A stretch of DNA of 64,000 nt from Candidatus Microgenomatus sp. (GTDB taxonomy: Bacteria; Patescibacteriota; Microgenomatia; UBA8517): contig DYGS01000001.1 in the NCBI GenBank assembly GCA_020724585.1, positions 66,893 through 130,892 of the forward strand, read 5' to 3'. Under the pieces are notes generated by a model. It was given only the letters and a program-made list of their open reading frames with translations. It searched no databases and was not told where the DNA came from. Both the position numbers and the translations under genes were made by a program. This document shows positions 19,588 to 30,475 of this stretch, one piece after another (position 1 is the first letter of the stretch; each line of letters begins with the position of its first letter).

Positions 19588-20666
19588 AGCTTCAGTTTTG
19601 GGTTAATATCTACAGATTCAATAAATTTTTTACCCCCATATTTAGCCTTTAGTTTTTTAGCATTTAGCATTTTGTTATTTAAGTAAGCGGTGACTCCAAT
19701 CATGCCTGCATTGTCACCACAAAGCTTTAAGCTATATGGTGTATGCATTATGATATTATTGTTTTTACAAATTTTACGAAGTCTTTTTCTTAGTTCGACA
19801 TTTGCTGCTACGCCCCCCCCAAAAAGCATATGGCTTATGACATATGGCTTATGGCTAATTTGATACTCAAGAACTCTCTCAATATGTTTAAATGCACTAT
19901 TTTGAAAGCGGGCGGCAAGATCATAGATATCCTGTTTTGTCGGATTTTTAATTGATTCAAAAAGTCTGACAAAAGCTGTTTTTAAGCCTGAATAACTAAA
20001 TCTATTTTTGACAACATCGCCTATTAGCGGGACGGGTAGTTTATATTTATTAGGATCACCAAGCTTAGCGAATTTTTCCAAAATTGCTCCTCCGGGGTAA
20101 CCAAGCCCAAGTAGTCTTGCGGCTTTGTCAAGCGCCTCGCCCAATGCATCATCAGCCGTATTGGCTAATATTTCGTACTCACCGATATTTTTAATTAAAC
20201 ATAAAATGGTTGTGCCTCCTGATAGTACCAATCCTAGTGTAGGAAAATTTGGCATTTGCATTTTTAGCATTTTGTTTTTTGGTTGTGCGAACGGAGAGAG
20301 TAGGTGTGCTTCTATATGATTAACAGGGATGAGCGGCTTTTTATACTTTAAGGCTAAATCTTTGGCGTAATTTACGCCTACGGCTAGAGCCACAGCAAGT
20401 CCCGGGCCCACTGTTACTGCGATTGCATCGATTTTAGTATGTAGTATACCGTATATAGTGTGCCTTGGAAAAGCATTTTTTAACGCCTTTTGTACCACAA
20501 AGTCAATCCGCTCTTGGTGCTGTCTTTGTGCGAGGCTAGGAAGCACCCCGCCGAAGCTAGAATGGAGGCTAGATTGGCTCCAAACGATATTCGAATGGAT
20601 TATTTTGTGCTCAGTTATAGCCGCCGAAGTCTCATCACAGCTTGTATCGATAGCTAAAATCTTCAT
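19584..20666 (-). CDS. tsaD: tRNA N6-adenosine threonylcarbamoyltransferase
   Basis: ILAIDTSCDET, VGPGL, NHIEAH, DDALGEALDK, GGVAAN, DNAGMIG. Confidence 0.96.
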   Translation of the reverse strand: MKILAIDTSCDETSAAITEHKIIHSNIVWSQSSLHSSFGGVLPSLAQRQHQERIDFVVQKALKNAFPRHTIYGILHTKIDAIAVTVGPGLAVALAVGVNYAKDLALKYKKPLIPVNHIEAHLLSPFAQPKNKMLKMQMPNFPTLGLVLSGGTTILCLIKNIGEYEILANTADDALGEALDKAARLLGLGYPGGAILEKFAKLGDPNKYKLPVPLIGDVVKNRFSYSGLKTAFVRLFESIKNPTKQDIYDLAARFQNSAFKHIERVLEYQISHKPYVISHMLFGGGVAANVELRKRLRKICKNNNIIMHTPYSLKLCGDNAGMIGVTAYLNNKMLNAKKLKAKYGGKKFIESVDINPKLKL

Positions 20667-21724
20667 AAAGTCCCCCAACTAATTAATCTTTCGGTTTCTG
20701 TTTGGGTTGTTTCAATTTTAACCCAGATTACTATTGCATCGTCCGCATATGACCTGATTAAATCTTGTATTTTATCAGCCCATTCAATGGCTATAACGGA
20801 TTTATTCTTGATTTGCTCTTCTAACCCCAGATTTTTTGTTTCCTCTGAAGCATCAAGCATCCTCCATGTATCAATATGAACAAGTGAATAGTGAATAGTT
20901 GATAGCGAATAACGATTTAGTAAATCATATGTGGGAGAAATGACTTCTTCTTTAATTTGCATGGCTTTAGCAAGTCCCTTTACAAACTGTGTTTTACCCG
21001 CACCCATTTTTCCTTCAAGAGCATATACAATTGCTCTTTTTCCTGCATAATTTTCATATTTTTGCCAAAGCTCCTTGGCTACATTTTGTGTATTCTCCTC
21101 GCTTCTGCTTAAAACTTCGTTTTTGTCTTTTAACTTGATATCGCCTTGCCTTAAAGTAACCAACCCGTCCTCGATGGTTGTATCAATTACTGTAGACGGC
21201 TCATTGTGCGGGAGTTCGCCAACATCAATTATTAAATCAATTAATCTTTTTTGTTTTTCAGAAACATTATCTAAGATATCTGATATCTTATAAGGCCTTT
21301 TCTGATATGAGGCATTGGCCGAAGTTGCAACGATTGGCCTTTTAAATTCAGCAATAAGTTTTAAAAGATCGTCATAGTCGGGAATTCTAACACCAAGAGT
21401 TCCTGACTCGGATTCGATGCCTTTAGAAACCTTGTGTTTTCCTTTGGAAACAACAGTTAATGGTCCAGGTAAAAATCTTTTATACAAATCTTTTGCAGTC
21501 TTATTTAAAGTTACATATTTTTCTGCCATTTTCTGAGAAGAGCACATAATGGCATAGGGCTTTCCAAAGGGTCTTTGTTTATAGGTGTTTAGTTTGTTAA
21601 CTGCTTCTTGATTGTGGGAATCGCTGGCGATCCCATAAACAGTTTCACAAGGGAAAACAACGAGCCCGCCTCGATTTAAAACCTCAATAATGTCCCTGTT
21701 TCTAAACTTATCAATGATTTTCAT
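20663..21724 (-). CDS. tsaC-tsaE: TsaC/Sua5 threonylcarbamoyl-AMP synthase fused to TsaE ATPase
   Basis: N-terminal half: PCETVYG, K.RP..KP, PGPLT, TSAN, PSTVID. C-terminal half: GKMGAGKTQF, VISPTY, HIDTWR, IEWA. Confidence 0.9.
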   Translation of the reverse strand: MKIIDKFRNRDIIEVLNRGGLVVFPCETVYGIASDSHNQEAVNKLNTYKQRPFGKPYAIMCSSQKMAEKYVTLNKTAKDLYKRFLPGPLTVVSKGKHKVSKGIESESGTLGVRIPDYDDLLKLIAEFKRPIVATSANASYQKRPYKISDILDNVSEKQKRLIDLIIDVGELPHNEPSTVIDTTIEDGLVTLRQGDIKLKDKNEVLSRSEENTQNVAKELWQKYENYAGKRAIVYALEGKMGAGKTQFVKGLAKAMQIKEEVISPTYDLLNRYSLSTIHYSLVHIDTWRMLDASEETKNLGLEEQIKNKSVIAIEWADKIQDLIRSYADDAIVIWVKIETTQTETERLISWGTL

Positions 21725-22352
21725 TTTGAGTGTGTGGAATGTCTTTTTTAAGATGTTCTCTTTCGTGCCTGATAGCTCTAATAATTACAACAACCGCAAT
21801 TATTAAAAAGACCCAGGCTAAAATTCCAAGGCTGGATGTCAACTTTCTTAAATTTTCTTTTTCGTATCCTGCAAAATAACCTACAAAAGCCATCAGCAAG
21901 ACCCAGCTTAAAGAAGCGCTCATGGCAAAAAAATTAAATTTCCAAAAATTGTAATTTTCAACTCCCGCGATATAGCTTATCCAAAACCTCGTTAAATTGG
22001 CCATCATTGAGGTGGTCAAAATTACCCCGCCATTTTTTTCAAGAAGTTTTTTGGCAAATTCTGCATTTTTCTCTTGTTTTAGTTTTCTAACCAACCACAT
22101 TCCGGTTTTTTTACCTAAAATATAAGCTAACAAAAAAGCAAGCCACGCACCCAGAGTTCCATAGATAATGATTGGAACAAGCGGCAGATTTGAATTACCA
22201 TTTGAAAGATAACCAGCAACAACTAATATTGCACCGCCGGGCACAGTCCAACCAAATGGAGTAATTTCAATTAAACTTCCAAGAAAAACTATGGCATAAC
22301 CCCACTTTTCAAAAAGGGAGGCCAGAAAGTCCAATAAACTTAAAACATCCAT
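21711..22352 (-). CDS. DedA family membrane protein
   Basis: VPGGAIL..G, GAWLAFLLAY.LGK, AGVENYNFWKF. Confidence 0.85.
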   Translation of the reverse strand: MDVLSLLDFLASLFEKWGYAIVFLGSLIEITPFGWTVPGGAILVVAGYLSNGNSNLPLVPIIIYGTLGAWLAFLLAYILGKKTGMWLVRKLKQEKNAEFAKKLLEKNGGVILTTSMMANLTRFWISYIAGVENYNFWKFNFFAMSASLSWVLLMAFVGYFAGYEKENLRKLTSSLGILAWVFLIIAVVVIIRAIRHEREHLKKDIPHTQNENH

Positions 22353-22373
22353 AATTTGATATTATAACAGGTA

Positions 22374-24116
22374 CTACTGTACGACCCCGCGCAAGTATAC
22401 TGCTTGCCAGGGGCGATAGTTAGAAATGAATTGTTGGTCGATTAATATTTTTCCTTCTTTTTCAACACGGTAATCAAAAACGACTCTAGCTCCATAGGCT
22501 CTATGCTCAATTTGTTTTACCTGTCCGGCGGGTAAGGTTGGGTCGTCAATATAAAGGTCGGGCGGCGGGGCAATTGATGATGTTATTTGCGGTTTTGATA
22601 TGCTAGCTACTCTCCCATCGCTTGTTCCATAAATTTCAAATGTCATTGTGGTGTTTTTTGTGTCAACGGTTGGCTGAATCAAAATATAATTGGGAGTGTC
22701 ATTTTTAAATTTAAAATCTGTAGTTGGATAAAAAATTGTTGCGTCAAGCCCTGGCGGAAAACCTTGTTCGTAATATCCTACTCTATAAGAATGAGGCCTT
22801 CTTTCAACAATGGGAAGGCCTGCGTTTAAAACAGTCCTAAAAAGAGTGGTTGAGACTTGGCATACTCCGCCGCCGTCGCCTAAAACGGTTTTACCGTCTT
22901 TGATGACGAAAGCGGCCTTGTATCCAGTAAGCGAAGAAACATCACCCAAAATTTTATTAAATGAAAATATTTCTCCTGGGGGGATTAAGATACCTTTAAA
23001 TTTATTTGAAGCATGATTGATGTTATAAATTCTGTTTGGTATTGAACCTTTAAAGTACGACACACCTCTTCCTAAAAGTGTTTTAATTCCTAGATTATTG
23101 ACATCTTCGATTTTAATCTTGGGTTCAAGTTTAATAACAGGAATTGTTATGGTAAGAGCCGCTTGATCGGTATTTTCAAGTGTGCTTAAAGATTCTATCA
23201 ATTTATGTCTAAATTCAAGCTCCTGAATTGTCAAACCATCTTTTGATGGCACAAATTCTTTAACAACATCATTTTCAACTATAAAAACAGAATCCTGAGG
23301 GCTTCGGTTAATTTTTTTAGCAATTAATAGAATCTCTTGATTAATTTTATCTTCTCTATAATTTTTTTGTTTAGAGTCTATAAATTGAATGAGTTTATCA
23401 GCTTTTATCTCAATATTATTGTCCTCCAGATTGGCTAGAATTGATTTGTTGATAAACTTTTCTGCTCTTTTTTTATAATTTTGAACCTGACTGTCTGTTA
23501 ATTTGCTGCTTCTTTCAATCAAATTGACTTTAATTGGAGCGTCTTTGAGAAGTGATAAATTATTATTAATATCAAATTTTGTACTTAGAAAATCTATCTC
23601 AACGCCGTTCTCGCCCGGATTGACAACGATATTATTATTTTCCAGCTTAATCGAAGGTTCTTTTGGAGATTTACCAAATTTATCTGATAATATTTTGATT
23701 GTTTCTCTAAGTTTTGAGTCGTTTATGGAAATTACTAAATTTAAGTTTTTAGGTCTTATTATTAAGACGGCCTTTGTCTTTAAGTCATATAAAAAGTTGC
23801 CTGAATTAGAAAAATTATATGCTCTGTCAACACTTTTTTGAAAATCTATTTTATCAACAAACTCCGTTGTCTTGATAACATTTTGAGTATTATTAATTTC
23901 CAAAATAATAGCTTCAGGAAGCCTCGCGTCAGCCATTAAAATTTTTAGAGCATCATCTTTTGTTTTATCGCCAAGATAAATTCCTGCAATGTAGGTATTA
24001 GGATAAATTTTTTGCTGGAAAGGCAAAATTGCCAAGAATAATAAAAATAGGAACAAAGCTGTAAACAAGGCTAAGATCTTGACAAAAAAGTAAATTTTTT
24101 TGTGTTTTTTTAGCAT
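22374..24116 (-). CDS. VanW/YoaR-like protein with peptidoglycan-binding repeats
   Basis: FSFNKILG, GGGVCQVSTTLF, ERRPHSY, GLDAT, DFKFKNDT. Confidence 0.88.
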   Translation of the reverse strand: MLKKHKKIYFFVKILALFTALFLFLLFLAILPFQQKIYPNTYIAGIYLGDKTKDDALKILMADARLPEAIILEINNTQNVIKTTEFVDKIDFQKSVDRAYNFSNSGNFLYDLKTKAVLIIRPKNLNLVISINDSKLRETIKILSDKFGKSPKEPSIKLENNNIVVNPGENGVEIDFLSTKFDINNNLSLLKDAPIKVNLIERSSKLTDSQVQNYKKRAEKFINKSILANLEDNNIEIKADKLIQFIDSKQKNYREDKINQEILLIAKKINRSPQDSVFIVENDVVKEFVPSKDGLTIQELEFRHKLIESLSTLENTDQAALTITIPVIKLEPKIKIEDVNNLGIKTLLGRGVSYFKGSIPNRIYNINHASNKFKGILIPPGEIFSFNKILGDVSSLTGYKAAFVIKDGKTVLGDGGGVCQVSTTLFRTVLNAGLPIVERRPHSYRVGYYEQGFPPGLDATIFYPTTDFKFKNDTPNYILIQPTVDTKNTTMTFEIYGTSDGRVASISKPQITSSIAPPPDLYIDDPTLPAGQVKQIEHRAYGARVVFDYRVEKEGKILIDQQFISNYRPWQAVYLRGVVQ

Positions 24117-24137
24117 ACAGTATGATAACATTTATAT

Positions 24138-25496
24138 ATGGAACCAAGCCAGAATCAAGAAGCAAACACGCCCCCGCCTCCTAAGAACAAGTTTCCTGTT
24201 AAAATCGCGGCAATTATTGCTGGGGTGATACTTTTAGTTATCTTAGCATTTAGTCTGGTTAGTTTTCTAAAAAACAGAGGTGGAGATGGGGGTAAGGGAG
24301 AAATTGTTTGGTGGGGATTATGGGAAGATGAGTCGGCAATTGCTCCGCTTATTGCTGAATATAAAACAAAGAACCCAAATGTAAATATCAAATATGTCAG
24401 GCAATCAAAGGAAGATTATAGAGAAAGACTGATAAACGCATTAGCAAAAGGGACGGGCCCCGATATTTTTAGGTTTCACAATTCCTGGGCACCAATGCTT
24501 AAAAGTGAACTTGATAAAGTACCTGCTGATGTTTATTCTGCCGCTGATTTTGCAAAAACTTTTTATCCTATTGCTGTCTCTGATTTAACAGTTGGAACTT
24601 CGCTTGCCGGAGTGCCTTTGGAGTTTGACTCCCTATCGCTTTATATAAATGAAGAAATTTTTGAAAAATCGGGGAAAAGTATCCCTACGACATGGAATGA
24701 ACTACGGCAAACTGCAAGAGAATTAACTGTTAAAAATGAAAATGGGACAATTACCCAAAGCGGCGTAGCTTTAGGGAGGACTGAAAATGTTGACCATTGG
24801 CCAGAAATTTTAGGGCTTATGATGCTTCAAAATGGAGTGGATTTAACAAAGCCAACTGGAAAGCTTGCTGAGGATGCACTTCTTTTTTATACAATTTTTT
24901 CATCCTCTGATGGGGTTTGGGATGCAACTTTGCCAAATTCTACAACGAGTTTTGCTTCTGGTAAACTTGCTATGTATTTTGGACCTTCATGGCGTGCTTT
25001 TGAAATAAGGCTCCAAAATCCAAATCTGAAGTTTAAAACAGTTGAAGTGCCTCAACTTCCTAAGACAGCGGCTAATGAACCAGATGTTTCCTATGCAAGC
25101 TATTGGGTTGAGGGTGTTTGGACGAGAAGCAAAAACAAGACTGTTGCTTGGGATTTCTTAAAATTTATGTCATCCAAAGAATCCTTAGAAAAATTTTATA
25201 ATCTGGCATCAAAACAAAGAATGTTTGGCGAGCCGTACCCCAGAGTTGATATGGCAAATTTACTTATGAGTCATCCAATAATAGGGTCGACTGTTAAACA
25301 GGGACCTATTGCTCAATCGTGGTTTTTGCAATCCAGGACTTGGGATGGGCCAACAGGGATTAATACTCAGATAAATAAATATTTTGAGGACGCAGTAAAT
25401 GCAGTAAATCAAGGAAAAGAAGCAGATAAAGCATTAGAGACTGTATCTTCCGGAGTAATTCAGGTACTATCTCAATATGGAATTAAAGTCCAGTGA
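24138..25496 (+). CDS. Sugar-type extracellular solute-binding protein (TM-anchored, no permease adjacent)
   Basis: GTGPDIF, LYINEEIF, PTTWNEL, FASGKLAMYFG, AWDFLKFM. Confidence 0.85.
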   Translation: MEPSQNQEANTPPPPKNKFPVKIAAIIAGVILLVILAFSLVSFLKNRGGDGGKGEIVWWGLWEDESAIAPLIAEYKTKNPNVNIKYVRQSKEDYRERLINALAKGTGPDIFRFHNSWAPMLKSELDKVPADVYSAADFAKTFYPIAVSDLTVGTSLAGVPLEFDSLSLYINEEIFEKSGKSIPTTWNELRQTARELTVKNENGTITQSGVALGRTENVDHWPEILGLMMLQNGVDLTKPTGKLAEDALLFYTIFSSSDGVWDATLPNSTTSFASGKLAMYFGPSWRAFEIRLQNPNLKFKTVEVPQLPKTAANEPDVSYASYWVEGVWTRSKNKTVAWDFLKFMSSKESLEKFYNLASKQRMFGEPYPRVDMANLLMSHPIIGSTVKQGPIAQSWFLQSRTWDGPTGINTQINKYFEDAVNAVNQGKEADKALETVSSGVIQVLSQYGIKVQ

Positions 25497-26310
25497 AAAG
25501 AGATCTATTATTTACCACAGCATTTTTAATTATCCATTAACTGAAACGGATTTAAAAAAATGGACTTGCAAATATAAATTCAATTTTAACCAAAAGAAAA
25601 TTCAATTTAAGAAGGTAAACGGTTTTTGTGTTCTAAAAGGACAAGAAAAAAATGTTAAAAAAAGATCGAATAATGAAAAATATTCAAAGAAAAAACTAGT
25701 AATTGCTAAAAAGGCAGCGAAGTTAATTTCAAAAATTCCTTCAGTTTTGTTTATTGGAATAACAGGAAGTCTTGCGATGATGAATGCAAAAAAAGAAAGT
25801 GATATTGATTTTTTAATAATTACAAAAAGTGGATGGCTTTGGGTAACCCGTCTACTTGTTTATTGCTTTTTAAATACTACATCCTACATACTGCGCAAAC
25901 CGCAAAGTGAAAATGAGCGGGATGCGCTTTGTTTAAACATGTGGCTTGATGAAAACGATCTAGTATGGAACAAAAAAGATAGAAATATTTATACAGCTCA
26001 TGAAATAGCACAAATAATTCCACTTTATAATAAAAACAAAACTTATCAGAAATTTTTGTATTTAAATAGGTGGATTTTAAATTATTGGCCAAACTCGGTA
26101 AACATGCCACATGCCATAAGCCGTAAGTTCTATGCTAAAAAAACCATAAGACATACAGCATATAGCTTAAAACTATTAGAAAAAATTGCATATTTTTTCC
26201 AGTATCAGTATATGAAAAATAAAATTACAAATGAAGTAGTAACCCCAACCCGCGCCCTTTTTCATCCAAGAAATAATTCAAAATTTATTTTGGAGAAAAT
26301 GAAAAAGTAA
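25477..26310 (+). CDS. Pol-beta-like nucleotidyltransferase domain protein
   Basis: ITGSLAMMNAKKESDIDFLII motif. Confidence 0.75.
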   Translation: MELKSSEKRSIIYHSIFNYPLTETDLKKWTCKYKFNFNQKKIQFKKVNGFCVLKGQEKNVKKRSNNEKYSKKKLVIAKKAAKLISKIPSVLFIGITGSLAMMNAKKESDIDFLIITKSGWLWVTRLLVYCFLNTTSYILRKPQSENERDALCLNMWLDENDLVWNKKDRNIYTAHEIAQIIPLYNKNKTYQKFLYLNRWILNYWPNSVNMPHAISRKFYAKKTIRHTAYSLKLLEKIAYFFQYQYMKNKITNEVVTPTRALFHPRNNSKFILEKMKK

Positions 26311-26336
26311 TAGCACTCAGTAGTATATATTGCTAA
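26310..26336. promoter_or_regulatory. CIRCE operator (HrcA site) upstream of groES
   Basis: ATAGCACTC-N9-TATTGCTAA; TTGACA at 26345. Confidence 0.8.
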
Positions 26337-26440
26337 TTTGCCTCTTGACAGAGCAGAAAAAATTTTTAAAATATAATCACCAAAATATGATTATATATCT
26401 TGCTTAAATAACATTTTAAGCTCGCTATAAAGAAAGTAAT

Positions 26441-26734
26441 ATGAGTAAGATTAATCTAAAACCAACTCCAGGATATTTGTTAATTGAGCCTCTTGCTAAA
26501 GAGGAAAAAACTGCATCAGGGATTTATCTACCTGAAACAAATAGTGAAAAACCACAAATGGGAAAAGTAATTGCTGTTGGGGCGAAGATACACAGCGATG
26601 GACACGAAATTGAATCACCAGCAGAAGTTGGTGATACAGTTCTTTATAAAAAATGGGGAGGAAATGAAGTTAAAATTGATGGAGTGGAATATCTATTTGT
26701 AAAATTTGAAGATATTTTGGCCGTCCAGGCCTAA
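26441..26734 (+). CDS. groES: Co-chaperonin GroES
   Basis: EEKTASGIYLP, GKVIAVG, VGDTVLY, EDILA. Confidence 0.97.
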   Translation: MSKINLKPTPGYLLIEPLAKEEKTASGIYLPETNSEKPQMGKVIAVGAKIHSDGHEIESPAEVGDTVLYKKWGGNEVKIDGVEYLFVKFEDILAVQA

Positions 26735-28387
<1,653 letters not shown>

Positions 28388-28408
28388 ATTAGCTGGTATA
28401 ATTTCTTC

Positions 28409-28978
28409 ATGTGGGAAAAGGCGGAGGGATTTTTAAGTAAAGATAAATATATTGGGCCGTTGGTTAAAAAATATGGCCCATGTGGGATCAAACCAACATC
28501 AAAATCTAGGTATTTTGAAAGTTTGGTTGAAACAATTTGTAGTCAGCAGTTATCAGGCAAAGCCGCAAAAACAATTTTTGGCAGGGTAAAAACACTTCTT
28601 GGAGTTATTAATTTTGAAAATGTTTTAAATGCAAAAGATCAAAAACTTAGGGATTGTGGACTTTCCTGGCAAAAAGTTAAATATGTAAAAGACTTGGCAA
28701 TAAAAGTTAAGAATGAAGAGTTAAGAATTAATAATCTGGACAAATTAGAGGATGAAGAAGTAATTAATGAACTTATTAAAGTTAAAGGAATAGGGAGATG
28801 GTCTGCTGAAATGATATTAATGTTTGACTTAGCAAGACCAGACATATTGCCAAAAGATGATTTAGGTATTAATAAAGCCATAAAAAATTTAAAAATTAAA
28901 CAAAAAGATACTGAAAAATGGAGGCCATACAGAACAGTCGCAAGCTGGTATCTCTGGAGAAGCCTTGAAAACAATTAA
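28409..28978 (+). CDS. DNA-3-methyladenine glycosylase (AlkA/HhH-GPD)
   Basis: SQQLSGKAA, VKGIGRWSAEM, LPKDDLG, WRPYRTVASWYLW. Confidence 0.9.
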   Translation: MWEKAEGFLSKDKYIGPLVKKYGPCGIKPTSKSRYFESLVETICSQQLSGKAAKTIFGRVKTLLGVINFENVLNAKDQKLRDCGLSWQKVKYVKDLAIKVKNEELRINNLDKLEDEEVINELIKVKGIGRWSAEMILMFDLARPDILPKDDLGINKAIKNLKIKQKDTEKWRPYRTVASWYLWRSLENN

Positions 28979-28991
28979 AAATTCGATTTTT

Positions 28992-29672
28992 CTACTTCGA
29001 CAAAATTAACAGGGGATTGACTGGTATTCCATGATCCCTAATTTCTAAATGTAAATGGTCGCCGCTTGATCTTCCTGTTGACCCCATTTCTCCAATTTTG
29101 GTTTCGGTTGTAACAAGTTGATTCTCAGATACTTCGATTTTTGAAAGATGGGCATAGAGTGAAGTTAGGCCGTCTCCATGATCAATCAGGACAGAATTGC
29201 CGTATGCGAATTTAGAATAAGAAACGCTTGCAACAACACCTTTTTTAACAGGTTTAACTTCATCACCTGTAATTCCATCCAAATCAAGGCCAGGATGATA
29301 AAATTTGTAGCCTTGAGTAATTTTAATATCATCAACTGGAAACTGTGTTGAAATTTCAGTTTTGATAGGATTTTGCGTTCCATCGATTGCTGAGACTGTC
29401 GTCTCAAGATTGATATTTCCTAATGTTTGAGTAGGGAAGGATGAGGTGGCAATCAGCATTAGTGCAATATTTGACCCAAAAATTGCCTTGACCTTTTTGT
29501 GTTCAAAAATGTATCTAAAGAACTTTTGGAATAAGTTTCCCACTCTGTATTTTCTGCCCAAAACAGAAGTTGTAGGCACAAACGGCTCGGCATGAGGATC
29601 TCTTCGCTTTTTGATAAGCCTAAAGGCTAGATGTAAGCGATACTTGGGCAGATGTATGGTAATTTTTTGCAT
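28992..29672 (-). CDS. M23 family peptidase
   Basis: HPGLDL, YGNSVLIDH, YAHLS, STGRSSGDHLHLEI; AGGAGG SD before ATG 29672. Confidence 0.9.
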   Translation of the reverse strand: MQKITIHLPKYRLHLAFRLIKKRRDPHAEPFVPTTSVLGRKYRVGNLFQKFFRYIFEHKKVKAIFGSNIALMLIATSSFPTQTLGNINLETTVSAIDGTQNPIKTEISTQFPVDDIKITQGYKFYHPGLDLDGITGDEVKPVKKGVVASVSYSKFAYGNSVLIDHGDGLTSLYAHLSKIEVSENQLVTTETKIGEMGSTGRSSGDHLHLEIRDHGIPVNPLLILSK

Positions 29673-29756
29673 AAAGCCTCCTTTTAAGAGGTACAAAAAA
29701 TCCCGCAAATAGTTGCGAGATGGGCTATTTTAACATACAAAACCCAAAAAAGTCAA

Positions 29757-29868
29757 ATGACATCCTCCCCGCCATACTGGTGGGGTATCCGTCTAAACGA
29801 GGATGACATACCAGCGTTCAATTCATCCACAGGCTTATCGCCCGTGGTTTTCTTGAATGATGTTATAA
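29757..29868 (+). mobile_element. Non-autonomous IS200/IS605-end-like double-hairpin element, copy 1
   Basis: CCCCGCCA-tac-TGGTGGGG and CCACAGGC-ttatc-GCCCGTGGTTTTCTTG hairpins; homologous to the reverse complement of 41702-41840. Confidence 0.65.
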
Positions 29869-29878
29869 AAACCTTAAG

Positions 29879-29950
29879 AGATCCGGGCGGGAATTGAACC
29901 CGCGAATAAGAGTTTTGCAGACTCTCGCCTTACCACTTGGCCACCGGATC
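29879..29950 (-). tRNA. tRNA-Cys(GCA), CCA not encoded
   Basis: GATCCGG/CCGGATC acceptor stem, U73, anticodon arm GAGAGT-CTGCAAA-ACTCT, T-arm GCGGG-TTCAATT-CCCGC. Confidence 0.95.
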
Positions 29951-29979
29951 GGTAGTTAGTATTGTAGCATACCAACTAC

Positions 29980-30354
29980 TTATTTAGCCTTAATTGCAAT
30001 TTTTCTAGGTCTTGCACTTTCGGCCTTTGGAATCTCAACCTTAACAACACCATCTTCTACAACAGCCTCTGCTTTATCCCACTGACCGCCGGAAAGGGCC
30101 GTGGTGTAGTAGTACTGATATGCCGAGGATTTGTATTCGTTTTTACTCTCGCTTTCTTCTTTTATCTCAGCCTTGATGGTTAAGACTCCATCCTCAATTT
30201 CCACTTCAACATTTTTCTTTGGGACACCGGCAACAATTCCCTCAACCAAAATAGAATCACCAGTATCCTTAATTTTTAGCCCTCTTTGTTGTTGAAGTGA
30301 TGGAAAATCATCATCAAGCAAACTTCTAAATGGGTCAAGTCTCATCAGTTGCAT
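29980..30354 (-). CDS. Small heat-shock protein Hsp20
   Basis: GVPKKNVEVEIEDGVLTIK, A.VEDGVVKVEIPK; AGGAGGTG SD. Confidence 0.9.
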   Translation of the reverse strand: MQLMRLDPFRSLLDDDFPSLQQQRGLKIKDTGDSILVEGIVAGVPKKNVEVEIEDGVLTIKAEIKEESESKNEYKSSAYQYYYTTALSGGQWDKAEAVVEDGVVKVEIPKAESARPRKIAIKAK

Positions 30355-30368
30355 AGTCTCACCTCCTT

Positions 30369-30395
30369 CTGGCACTCAATATTAGTGAGTGCTAG
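30369..30395. promoter_or_regulatory. CIRCE operator upstream of hsp20
   Basis: CTGGCACTC-N9-GAGTGCTAG. Confidence 0.85.
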
Positions 30396-30475
30396 TTATA
30401 ATATAATTAATTTGCTTTCCTCTGTCAAGAGTTTTGTTTTAATCGATAAACTGGTAAGCTTAAGTTCTAGAAAAA

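Noticed and set aside
19142-19652. DGR template/variable repeat pair
   Set aside because: Differences are not confined to adenines, are mostly at silent positions, and no reverse transcriptase is in the window.
29757-29950. Integrative element at tRNA-Cys
   Set aside because: No integrase and no duplicated tRNA 3' end seen in the window; only the short hairpin element is adjacent.
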